64,000 bases of DNA from an uncultured Pseudomonadota bacterium (GTDB lineage Bacteria; Oederibacteriota; Muellerivitia; Muellerivitales; Muellerivitaceae): assembly GCA_963843375.1 (NCBI GenBank), contig CAWJKT010000004.1, forward strand, positions 96,001 through 160,000. Reading direction: 5' to 3'. Each line of letters starts with the position of its first letter. The first letter of the stretch is position 1. This document shows positions 1 to 10,346 of the stretch, piece by piece. The notes under the pieces were generated by a model. That model ran no database searches, had not been told where the DNA came from, and worked only from the letters and a program-made list of their open reading frames with translations. A program made the translations under genes and the position numbers.

Positions 1-2330
1 CGGCCAGCGTGGTCGTGGAATAGTCCGCCGGTGCCGTCGTGTGGCAGACGGTGCAGGCCTGATTGCCGGGATTGGGCATGTGCCCCGCCGGCAGGGCCGT
101 GGAATTCCAGTTGGCGGTCGTATGGCAGATGCTGCAGTCATTCGGTGCCACCATCTGGCCCGCGTTGTGGTCGGCGGGTCGGCCCTGCAGTGCAGGACTC
201 GCTGCGCCCAGGTAGAAGCTCAGCCCGGCTTCATGGCAGGTATCGCAGGTGGTGGCCACGAAGGCATGCGTGGCTTGGGTCATGTTCATGGGCCCGAAAC
301 TGCCCACCGCATAACTCGTGGTGGTATGGCAGGAGCCACAGCTGGTGCCGCCCAGATACGGGATGTGCGCAGGCGTCAGTACCGCATCCTTGGGGGTGAA
401 GTTGTTGTACCAGGTCAGCGCCGTGGTGCCCCCGTGGCACTGCGCACACTCACTGCTGGTGATGCCGGTGTGCAGCACCGAGTTCGCGGCCAGCGTCGCC
501 GTCGAATAATCCGCCGGAGCCGTGGTGTGGCAGAGGGTGCAGGCTTGATTGGCCGGATTGGGCATGTGGCCGGCCGGCAATGCGGTGCTGTTCCAGTTGG
601 CGGTGGTGTGGCACAGGCTACAGTCGTTGGGCGCCACCATCTGCCCGGTGGTGTGATCGGCCGGCCGTCCCTGCAGGCCCGGGCTCGCCGCGCCCATGTA
701 GAAAGTCAGACCCGCTTCGTGACAGCCATTGCAGGTGCTGCCAAGTCCCGCATGCGTCGCCTGCGTCATGTTCATCGGGTCCGAAGGTGCCGGCCGCAAA
801 GGTGCTGGTCACATGGCAGTTGCTGCAGTCCGTGCCGGTGAATGCCGGAATGTGCGCCGGGGATCAGCACGGCCGATTTCGGATTGTCGTTGTTGTTGTA
901 GAAGGTCAACGCGGTGGACCCGCCGTGACATTGCGCGCAACCGGTGCTGATACCGGTGTGCAGCACGGCATTGCTGGCCAAGGTGGCGTAGCTGGCGGTC
1001 GTACCGTTGATGGCGATATGGCACACCGCGCAGGCCTGGTTGCCGGGGTTGGGCATGTGGCCGGCCGGCAGCGCCGTGGTGTTCCAGTCCGTGGTCTCAT
1101 GGCACCCGGAGCAGTCGCCGGTGGCCTGCTGCGGCGTACCGCCCGAGAGGTGATCGGCCGGGCGACCCTGCAAGGCCGGGGTCGAGGCGCCCAGGTAGAA
1201 GCTCAGGCCCGCCTCATGGCAGGTGTCGCAGGTGGTGGCAACGAAGGCATGCTTGGCCGCACTCATGCCGGTCGGACCGAAGCCGCCGACGAGATAGTTG
1301 GCCGCATGGCAGGCACTGCAGTCCGTCCCGGACAGGAACGGGATGTGTGAGGGTGTGAGGACGTCCGATAAGGGGTTGTCGTTGTTGTTGTAGAAGGTCA
1401 GTGGCGCGCCGGCGCCGTGGCACTGGGCACACCCGGCGCTGATCCCGGTGTGCAGCACCGCGACGCTGGCCAGCGTGGCGTAGCTGGCCGCGGTGCTGCC
1501 GATGGCAATGTGGCAGACGGCGCAGGACTGATTGCCAGGATTGGGCATGTGTCCGGCCGGCAGCAGGTTGGTATTCCAGTCGGTGGTCTCATGGCACAGC
1601 GAGCAGTCGCCGGTCGCCTGCTGCGGCGTACCGCCCGAGAGGTGATCGGCCGGCCGGCCCTGCAAGGCCGGGGTCGAGGCGCCCATATAGAAGCTCAGGC
1701 CCGCCTCGTGACAGGTATCGCAGGTGCCGGACACGAAAACGTGCTTGGCCGCACTCATGGCGGTGGGACCGAAGCCCCCGGTGGTGTAATTGGCGCTATG
1801 ACAGGCGGCGCAGTCGGTGCCGGACAGATACGGAATGTGCGACGGCGTGAGCACGCCATCGACGGGCGTGTAATTGTTGAACCAGGTGAGTGGCGTGGTG
1901 CTGCCATGGCACAGGCCGCAGTTGCTGCTGATGCCGGTGTGCAGCGTGGCAATGGCCGCCAGCGTCGCCGGCGTGTAGTCGCTGGGCGCCGAGGCGTGGC
2001 ATTGTGCGCAACTGAGATTGCTCGGATTGGGCATGTGACCGAGCGGCAACGCGGTGCTGGTCCAGTCCGTGGTCTCGTGGCACACCGAACAGTCACTGCT
2101 GGCCATGCGCGTATCGGTACTGGCCAGGTGGTCCGCGGGCCGCAGCTGCAGCGGCGTGCCACTGCCCACGTAGAAGCTCTTCCCGGTGTCATGGCAGGTG
2201 TCACAGGTGCCGGAGACAAAGGCGTGCTTCGCGGCACTCATGGCGGTTGACGGGCCGAAGCCCCCGGCTTGATAGGCAGCGCCATGACAGGCACTGCAGT
2301 CCGTGCCGGCCAGCACCGGAATGTGCGGCG
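1..2330 (-). repeat. Intragenic tandem repeat, ~480-495 bp unit, at least 4.7 copies
   Basis: Unit HIP..GT(D/S)CxxCH..GP..M...H...CxxCH..RPADH..DCSxCH..W...LP.GHMPNP.N..CxxCH..LHTGI..CxxCH recurs. 1111-1190 and 1603-1682 are nearly identical, 492 bp apart. Confidence 0.92.
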
Positions 2331-3443
2331 GCGCCAGCGGTGTGGCATGCGTCGGCGACACGCCCGAAACGGACATGGGGATATACGGGGCCGGTACCCC
2401 GGCGAAGGTCTGGCCGGCATGGCACATGAGGCAGTTGCTCACGGACAGGCCTGCATGCAGGGTCGGAATGCTGGCCACGAGCATCGTCCAGGTCTCAGCA
2501 CTGGGCACATTGCCGTGGCAGATGCCGCAGTCCACCAGCGAGGGAATCGGCGGCACGTGGTTGGTGGGCTGCCCCGACACAAAACCGCTGGAGATCTTCA
2601 CCGTGCCGCTGTGACAGGTCTGGCAGGTCTGCACCGTCATCTGGGTGTGATCGAAAGCCGAGGGCACCCAGCTGGGGGTCGCGGTGCCGATACCGGTCGT
2701 GTGGCAGTTCTCGCACAAGTTGCTGGTCGGCATGTGCGTACCCTGTTTGCCCACCGCCTTGGTGCCGTTGTGGCAGCTGTAGCAGCCGCTGGTAATGCCC
2801 GTATGGTCGAAGGTCGCGTTTGCCCAGGTGCTGGTCAGGTGGCAGTCGCCGCACTCCAGGCTGGTGGCGATGTGATTGGCGGGCTTGCCCGAAGCCTGCA
2901 CGCCGTTGTGGCAGATGATGCAGAACCCGGCCGCCGCCAGCGGAATCTGGCTGTGATCAACGATGGTGGGCGGATTCCAGCTGACGACACTGTGGCAGCT
3001 CGCACAGTTCTGGGTGGTGGCAGGATGGGTCGGGCCTTCGCCCTGGGCGGTGGTGCCGTTGTGGCAGCTGACGCAGCTGCCCAGCACCTCGACATGATCG
3101 AAGTGCACCTGCGGACGAAAGGAATTGGTGTCATGGCAGGCGACGCAGTTGTTGGAACTGGCGATGTGACTGCGGCTCTTCGGTGTGGCGTTGAACTGCG
3201 AGCCGCTCGTGTGGCAGGTGAGCGCAGTCCCGTGGCGTGCCCTTGAAAATGGCATTGAGGTGGCAGGATTCGCACGGCAGGTCGCGATGCACACCGTCGA
3301 GTTCGAAACCGGTCGTCAGATGATCGAAGGGCACCGTGATGGGTGGCGCGCCGCCCGCCGCCCGCAGCGGCGGTGCCGCCAGCAGCGCCACCACCAGCAG
3401 CACCGTCGCGATCCATCCGCTCCTGATGGTGCGATGTCATCAT
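1..3443 (-). CDS. Giant secreted multiheme cytochrome c (>=36 CxxCH) built from ~160-aa five-heme tandem repeats; 3' end outside window; split by indels
   Basis: ORF 772..3294 has 25 CxxCH. The frame-shifted N-terminus (3131..3403: signal-peptide-like LLVVALLAAPPLRA, then FDHLTTGFELDGVHRDLPCESCH and a second motif across the shift) adds 2. Manual translation of 1-850 on the minus strand adds 9 (CSNCH, CNGCH, CSLCH, CTLCH, CAQCH, CGSCH, CDTCH, CSICH, CTVCH) with no stop before position 1. Confidence 0.93.
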
Positions 3444-3449
3444 CTGGGC

Positions 3450-5030
3450 CTACTGGATCCGCGCGCCCTTCCAGGAATCGCGTCGAATGGCAGCGCTCGC
3501 AGTGCACACCGTACTGTCCGAGATGCCGGTCATCCTTCTGATGGCAGGCGTCGCACTGCTGCGACATCTTGACCGTGCCCGGCGGGTCGCGGTGGCAGTC
3601 CGCGCATTGCAGCTTGGCGTGCGCTCCGAGCAGCGGGAAATGTGCCTCCCTGGCGTGATCGAAGCTCCACAGCGCCCAGCCGTTCGCCGAATGGCAGCCT
3701 TCGCACTTGTTGCCCAGGCCGCCCTTGTGCACGTCATCGTGTGCGTGGCAGGCGACGCAGGCGGAGGCCGCGGCGCTGAAGGCCAGCGTGGCATGGCACT
3801 GCGCACAGCTGACGATGCGGTGCAGACCCAGCAACGGGAAGCTGGTCACATCGTGATCGAATACCACATCGGCTCGCCAGCCGTTCTGCCCGTGACAGTC
3901 ACCGCAGCCGCCCTTGAGCTTGGCGCCGTGCGGATCCTCGCTGCGATGGCAGTCGGCGCAGTCCTGGCCGAGCTTCTGGGTCGCGACGGCCGCGGTATGG
4001 CAGGCTGTCGCAGGCGAGGTGCGCGTGCGCGCCCAGCAACGCAAATTGGTGCCGCCCGGTGTGATCGTAGTTGTCCACCTGCCAGTGACTGTTGTCGTGG
4101 CAGGTCCTCGCACTGGCTGCCGAAGCGCAGCGCATGCGCATCGTCGGCGCGATGGCAGCCCGCGCAGTCCTTCGGGATCTTGTCCTTGTAGTTGCCGCTG
4201 CGGTGACAGGCCAGGCAGTCGATCTGCGCAGTGCGCACCCAGCAGCGCATAGCCGGTCTCCTTCAGGTGATCGAACTTCGCCGCTCTTCCACTGCTTGGT
4301 CACATGACAGCGTCCGCAATCCGAGCCGCGGCTGCCACGATGCACATCATCGGTGGCGTGGCAGCCGACGCAGCTCGCTCGGTGTCGGCTTGTAGCGTCC
4401 GCCGATATGGCAGGCATCGCACGTCAGGGCCGTGTGGGCGCCGGTCAGTGCGAAGCGGGTCTTGCCGTGATCAAATGTGCCGCCGCTCCAGTCATTGCTC
4501 GAATGGCACTCGCTGCAGGACTGGGTGAACTGTCCACGATGCGACATCGTCCGCCTTGTGGCAGCCGGCGCAGGTGTCGGCCACGGCGCGCCAGGCCGCC
4601 TGCGGCTTGTGGCAGCTCTCGCAGGGCAGCGCGGCATGCGCACCTTGCAGGCGAAAAGTCAGTCAGCTGGTGATCGAAGTGCGCACGATCCAGCTGCACG
4701 ATGTCGGCGGTGCGCCCCTTGTGCTCGGTGTGGCAGGCGCGGCATTCGCCGGCGCCGGCATTCGCCATGCGGCCATGGTAGCCGCGGTGCGTACGCAACA
4801 TCGGCGGCAATCTGCTTGTGGCAGTCCAGGCACAGGGAGGTCTGAGTGCGCGCGTTGGTGCGGTCATGGCAAGCTGGCGCAGGTGGTCTCCAGCTTTGCG
4901 TGAGCGCTTGCGCACCTTCCCCGGCATCAGCAAGGTCTCCACCGATGCCGCACCCGCAGCGCCCGCACCCAGGCACAACAGCAGTAATCCACCCGGCTCC
5001 CAGCATCTTGAGAATCGAGCCGCGCCGCAT
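3450..5030 (-). CDS. Periplasmic multiheme cytochrome c, 21 CxxCH (3 N-terminal + 6 triheme repeats); split by several indels
   Basis: Stitching ORFs 4659..5030, 4445..5653, 4347..4643, 3899..4417, 3846..4250, 3316..4113 and 3450..3806 gives a signal peptide then repeats of (F/Y)DHxxxxFxLxGxHxxxxCxxCH..CxxCHxxxDxH....CxxCH, ending KGARIQ*. Confidence 0.88.
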
Positions 5031-5039
5031 GTTTGGCCG

Positions 5040-5923
5040 TCAGTAGATGTTGACCGCGACCACATGCACGATTCCTGCAACCAGGAGCATGAAGAACAGC
5101 GGGATGTGAAGGACGTGCCAGAAGGAGAACAGGCGCGCATAGAGACGGTACTCGGCGGTGCGGCGCCCCGCCTCCAGGCGCCGGTCGGCATAGCGGCGCG
5201 CCAGGGCCGCCAGGCGGTCCGCATGGCGCACGACGATGCGCCCCTCCTGGGCTTTGCGCCACCCGCAACGCCCGGGCGATCTCCCGGTACACCAGCCAGC
5301 GGGCAATGAGGATCCGCAAGGCGCCGGTGAACAGGTGCGGCACGCGCGCCAGCGGCGCCCGCGGTGGCTCGATGTACCGCTTGCTCGACGCGCGCGATGA
5401 CATCCAGCACCCCGGGCAGGAAGGCGATGGAGGTGCTTTGCGCGCGCAGCCGTTCGCCCACCGATCTGAGCTGCTCCAGGGTGCTCTCATGGCCGTCCAT
5501 GTGGGCGTGCAGGCGGGTATAGATGTAGCGGCCCACCACGCCGCTGCCGGCGACCAGTAACATGCAAATCAGGGCGACATTGCTGTTGGTGGCGCCGAAA
5601 CTGAAGTTGGCGTGAAACAGCACCAGCAGCGGACCGGTCACGCCGAGCACCATGTGGATCTGGAACCAGCGCCGGAATGGTTCCGATCCAGCGCAGCCAG
5701 GCAGCCCGCTTGCGGGCCGAATAGATCAGCAGCGCCAGCATCATGCAGCCACCGGCGATGCCAAGCGCATAGCCCACACCGTGCTGCGGGGAGATGTAGC
5801 GCTCCAGGTGGGCATGCCACCCCAAGTAGACCAGCCCGGCGACCACCGCACACCAGATCAACGGCCAGTGCAGCCGCAGGCGCGACGGCTGAGGCCCGCC
5901 AGGCTGGCGGCTTCGACGCTCAC
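5040..5923 (-). CDS. Inner-membrane protein with His-bearing TM helices (putative heme-b/quinol-linked partner of the multiheme cytochromes); frameshifted
   Basis: Pieces 5487..5861, 4445..5653 (N part), 4927..5490 and 5040..5306 join into GYALGIAGGCMMLALLIYSARKR..WFQIHMVLGVTGPLLVLFHANF..GVVGRYIY..WHVLHIPLFFMLLVAGIVHVVAVNIY. GTG start overlaps the upstream stop. Confidence 0.75.
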
Positions 5924-6780
5924 GGGATCACCTTGTCGATCACGATCTTCACACGGCGGCGATCGTGCGGATTGATGACGGCACTCGTGCCCTGCAGGTC
6001 CCCTGCGGTGGCCAGCGGCTGGCCGCTCGGCGAGATGCGCGCCTCGATCGTGACCCGTCCGGCGTTCGAGAGCGTGCGTCCCGGCAGCATCGACTCGCTG
6101 TCGTCCAGAGCAAAGCTCAAAGGCCAGGTGCCGACACTGCCGCGGTACACGGCGACCGGTGCCCCCGGGCTGTCCACTGACTTCGCCACGATGAATATCG
6201 TCGTGCCGGCGGGGGCACGCGACGCCAGGGCCGGAGCCAGCGCCACCTCGCCCGTGACACCGGTTGCCGCAGGCGCACTCGAGTCACCCGGCGCGCCGGC
6301 CGGCGGCGCCTTCAGCGCGGGCAGCTGATGCGCCCGCGCCTGCGCGGCCTGCTGCGGCCGGCCCAGAAAATCATAGGACTTGGCGAGCAGCTCCCAGTCA
6401 TCGTCGCTGCCGCCGCTTTTGGCCAGCCGGGCTTGCAGCGCCGCAATCGCCGCGTCCATGGAACCAGCACGCCCCGCATCCTTGGCGCTGCCCGCGGCGG
6501 CAGGCGCCGCAACACCGCGGCCCATGGCATCAGCCAAGTCGGCCCAGGAGTCACCCGTCGCTGCGCTGCTGACCGCGGCCGCAGCGGACGGCGGCGGCGC
6601 GGGTGTGCCGCCGTAGTTGAGACCCAAGTCTATGGCCATGACGATGAGCGCCGCCGCCCCGGCGGGCCACGGCAGCGCCGGAAGGGTCGCCAGTCGCGGA
6701 ATCGTCCGTAGCCAGGGCAGCAGCAAAATGACGGCCGCCAGCGTGAATACCCCGCCGGATATGAAGGACAGTACCGACAC
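5920..6780 (-). CDS. ccmI: Cytochrome c biogenesis factor CcmI/CycH-like (TM, TPR, C-terminal Ig-like domain)
   Basis: N-terminal TM with LLLPW, TPR-like DWELLAKSYDFLGR, and C-terminal TIFIVAK..GAPVAV..WPLSFALDDSESMLPGRTLS..VTIEARISPSG..GDLQG typical of the CycH Ig domain. Confidence 0.8.
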   Translation of the reverse strand: MSVLSFISGGVFTLAAVILLLPWLRTIPRLATLPALPWPAGAAALIVMAIDLGLNYGGTPAPPPSAAAAVSSAATGDSWADLADAMGRGVAAPAAAGSAKDAGRAGSMDAAIAALQARLAKSGGSDDDWELLAKSYDFLGRPQQAAQARAHQLPALKAPPAGAPGDSSAPAATGVTGEVALAPALASRAPAGTTIFIVAKSVDSPGAPVAVYRGSVGTWPLSFALDDSESMLPGRTLSNAGRVTIEARISPSGQPLATAGDLQGTSAVINPHDRRRVKIVIDKVIP

Positions 6781-6948
6781 TCGATGCGCTCCTCAGCAGA
6801 CCGTGCGCCACGGTCCCGATTCCAGGATCCGGATGCAAACAACGCGCTCGTGCGCTTTGCTAAGTAAAGTTGATTCTAATGATCGCCCAACAATTTGACA
6901 CATGTATGTGAATCACGACACTGATCCTGGATGCAGCGGCCGGCGGTA

Positions 6949-6964
6949 TGTGATTTGATTCGCA
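6949..6964. promoter_or_regulatory. CRP/FNR-family-like operator in the divergent promoter region
   Basis: TGTGA-tttgat-TCGCA matches the CRP consensus TGTGA-N6-TCACA at 9/10. A TTGACA hexamer lies at 6895-6900 in the same AT-richer spacer. Confidence 0.45.
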
Positions 6965-7015
6965 GTATCCTGGCGACCCGGTTTTTACTCTAATAGGCCC
7001 GCCCTCACGGTCCGA

Positions 7016-8335
7016 ATGAGCCCGCACATGGACTTCTGGTCATTGGTCCTTTACGGACTACCCCTGGCGGCCATCCTGGCTGTCTACATTTGGCGACAGC
7101 AGCGCACGCATCACCAGAATCGGCGTGTGCACGAAGAAACGGTAGCGGCCGGCTTGACCGAGCCTGCCTCCTTGCATCCAAGCATTGATCCGAGCAAATG
7201 TCTGGGCTGCGGCGCCTGCGTGAAGGCGTGCCCCGAGCAGCCGCATCACACGGTGCTCGGGCTGATCGATGGCAAGGCGGTGTTGGTAGGCCCGACCGAT
7301 TGCATCGGTCACGGCGCCTGCAAGACCGTGTGCCCCTTCGATGCCATCACCCTGGTGCTGGGCACCGAGCGGCGCGGCGTGGATATTCCCGTTCTCAAGC
7401 CCAACTTTGAATCCAATGTGCCGGGGATTTATGTCGCCGGTGAACTCGGCGGCATGGGTCTGATCAAGAACGCGCTGACGCAGGGCCGTCAGGCGCTGGA
7501 GTCGATCGCCAAGGAGCTGAAGCCCCAGCCCGGGGTGCTGGACGTACTCATCGTGGGCGCCGGCCCCGCGGGCCTGGCTGCGTCCCTGGCTGCCAAGCAA
7601 CTGGGACTGAATTATCGGACCGTTGAGCAGGAAGCCCTGGGCGGCGCGGTCTTCCAGTATCCGCGCGGCAAGCTGGTGATGACCGCGCCGGTGGAGCTGC
7701 CGATCATCGGCAAGATTCAGTTCCGCAATACGACCAAGGAGGAACTGCTGAAGTTCTGGACCCAGGCCTGCCAGGGCAATGGCCTGAACATCCGCTACAA
7801 GGAGCGCGTGGAGACCGTCCAGCAGCGCGATGGGTGTTCCAGGTGAAGACCACGCGGCGAGCGTACCAGGCTTCACGCGTCCTGCTGGCCATCGGCCGGC
7901 GCGGCACACCGCGCAAGCTGGGCGTACCCGGCGAGGAGCTGCCCAAAGTGGTGTACCGGCTTGATTGACCCGGAGCAGTACCAGGGACGACGTGTCGTGG
8001 TGGTCGGTGGCGGTGACAGTGCGCTGGAGGCCGCGGCCAGCATCGCCGAGCTGGGCACCTGTGCGGTGATCCTGTCGTATCGTGGCGAAGCCTTCCAGCG
8101 CGCCAAGCAGCGCAATCGCCAGCGCGTGCAGGAGGCCAGCGCCCTGGGCCGACCTCAAGGTACTGATGGGTTCGGCCATCCAGGAGATCCAGCCGCAGGC
8201 CGTGGTACTCAAACAGGCCGAAAAGTCATGGCCGTCGCCAACGATGCCGTGATCGTGAGCGCCGGGGGAGTATTGCCGAACGACTTCCTGCGCGCCATCG
8301 GCATCGAAGTGGAAACCAAGTACGGCACGGCATGA
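7016..8335 (+). CDS. Membrane-anchored 2x[4Fe-4S] ferredoxin fused to a thioredoxin-reductase-like FAD/NAD(P)H oxidoreductase; frameshifts near 7835 and 8150
   Basis: N-terminal TM, CLGCGACVKACP, CIGHGACKTVCP, VPGIYVAGELGG, IVGAGPAG, then in the shifted frame LAIGRRGTPRKLGVPGE and VVGGGDSALEAA. Confidence 0.85.
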
Positions 8336-10331
8336 TGAACCCGCGCCTGCACCGGACCGTCCGTGATGCCCGCCTCGGCCTGCTGCTGGGCCTCATCATG
8401 GGGCTGGGAAACCCGGGCGCCCGCGCAGCGACACCGCGCGCGCGTGGATCCGCTGGAGCCGGCGCGCAGCGCCCTGCGCACCCTGCAGTTCAGCCGCGCC
8501 ATGCAGCTGCTGAGGCCGCCGGCACGGCGGGCAATCCCGAGGCGCAATACCTGCTCGGTCTCATGTATCTGAATGGCGTGGGCATCGCGGCCGATCCCGC
8601 GCGATCACGCGCGCTGCTGCAGTCCGCCGCCGAACACGGTCAGGGCGCGGCCGCCTACGTGCTGGCCAGTGAACTGGCGCGCGATCCCGCGCGCACCGCC
8701 CGAGGCGGCGCGGCGCTGGCTGGAACACTCGGCGCAGCTGGGCTACGGGCGTGCCGTAGAGGTGTTGAAGGCAGGCGGCGTACTGCTCGCCCGTGAAGAC
8801 CTGGGTGTCTCGGATCCGGCGCTGCGCCCGGCGTGGGTGATCGCCTGCATCCGCCGCAATGACACGGCGGAGCTCAAGCGCCTGGGCACCGACAGCCTCT
8901 CGGCGCGGGATGCGTTCGGACGCGGATCGCTCGATTACGCCGTCCAAGCCGACGCAGTGGCCGCGGCGACCATGCTGCTGCAGCTGGGTGCGGACGTTCA
9001 CGCAGCGGACAGCTTCGGCACGACGGCGCTGATGCTCGCCGCCGAACGCTCCGACACGCCCTGCTGGACCTGCTGCTGCAGCATGGTGCGGACCTGCAGG
9101 CCGTGGATGCCGAACATCGCACCGCGCTGTTCTATGCCGCGCGCGCCAATCAGCCCCAGGCGATCACGGCGCTGCATGCGGCCGGCGCGGCGCTGGACGC
9201 CCGCGACGAACGTGGCTACAACGCACTGGATGCCGCACTGGCGGTCGGGCGCCACGGGCGCCGCCCAGGCCCTGCGCGATGACGGCCTGCAGGCGCATGT
9301 GGCCGCGACGGCGCCCGCGCGCAGCGGCAAATTTGATCCTACCCGTCCGGGTGACATCTATCCGAATTGGCCCGTGCTGGCCCTCGCCGTTGCCCGCAAC
9401 GACACCAGCGCCATCCGGCAGCTGCTGGATACCGGCGCCCTGCCAACCTGCGACTGCCGGCAGGGCGAGTCGCTGCTGCAGATCGCCGTGGATGCACGCG
9501 CCTTGAACGCCCTGCCGTTGCTGGGCACACGGGGCTCCATCACGGCTACCGATCACGCCGGGCACACCGCGCTGTGGCTGGCGGCCGCCCGTGGCGATCT
9601 CGCCGTGATTCGGGCCCTGCTCGCCTCAGGCGTGGCCGCCGACACGCACGGTGCCGAGGAAACCACCCCGTTGCTCGCGGCGTTGCACAGCTCCCACGCC
9701 GAGGCGGCGCAGGCCTTGCTGGAGGCCGGTGCCAATCAGGAGGCCATCGATTCGCAAGGCCGCCGGCCGCTGATGATCGCCTGCGCAACCCGGCAGCTGG
9801 CGCTGGTGCAGTGGCTGCTGGCCCATCACGTCCAGGTGGATGCGCAGGATGCCCAGCGTCGCACCGCGCTGTGGCATTCCGTCATCTTCGGCTCCGCGGC
9901 CGAGGTGAATGCACTGCTGACGGCCGGTGCGCGGGAGGACGTCGGCGGACGCACAGGGCCTGACGGTGCTGCACGCTGCCGCCGCTCAAAGTGACGCCGC
10001 GGTCGTACAAGCGCTGCTGGCCCCCAACACCAGCCTGAATCAGCGCAGCGTCAGCGGCGATACGCCGCTGCTGATCGCCGCGGCCAGGGGCCACGCCGAA
10101 CTGGTGCAAGAACTGCTGAAAATGCGTCCGGACCTGGATGTCCAGAACCGCGCCGGTGATACCGCGCTGATCGCCGCTGCGCGCGGGGGCTATGCAGCCG
10201 TGTGCCAGCTGTTGCTCGCGGCGGGAACCAATACTGCCCTGCGAAACGCTGCTGGCGTCACCGCCGCCGAGGTGGCTCAGGGCCGAGGCTTCACGTCGCT
10301 GGCCCGCGATCTCACCAGCAAGACTCTCTAA
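8332..10331 (+). CDS. Exported Sel1-repeat + ankyrin-repeat protein; frameshifted
   Basis: Signal-peptide-like start, GNPEAQYLLGLMYLNGVG (Sel1), many ankyrin motifs (GTTALMLAA, GHTALWLAA, GDTPLLIAAARGH, GDTALIAAARGG). ATGA overlap with the upstream gene. Confidence 0.82.
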
Positions 10332-10346
10332 CGCTGCGCCCGCGAC

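Noticed and set aside
31..5309. Long plus-strand ORFs (e.g. 41..841, 1417..2250, 2269..3246, 3487..4191)
   Set aside because: Antisense shadows of the GC-rich cytochrome genes, with no motifs of their own.
772..10331. Programmed frameshifting or selenocysteine recoding to explain broken ORFs
   Set aside because: Breaks are scattered indels with no shared slippery motif and no in-frame TGA at Cys positions. Sequencing error is simpler.
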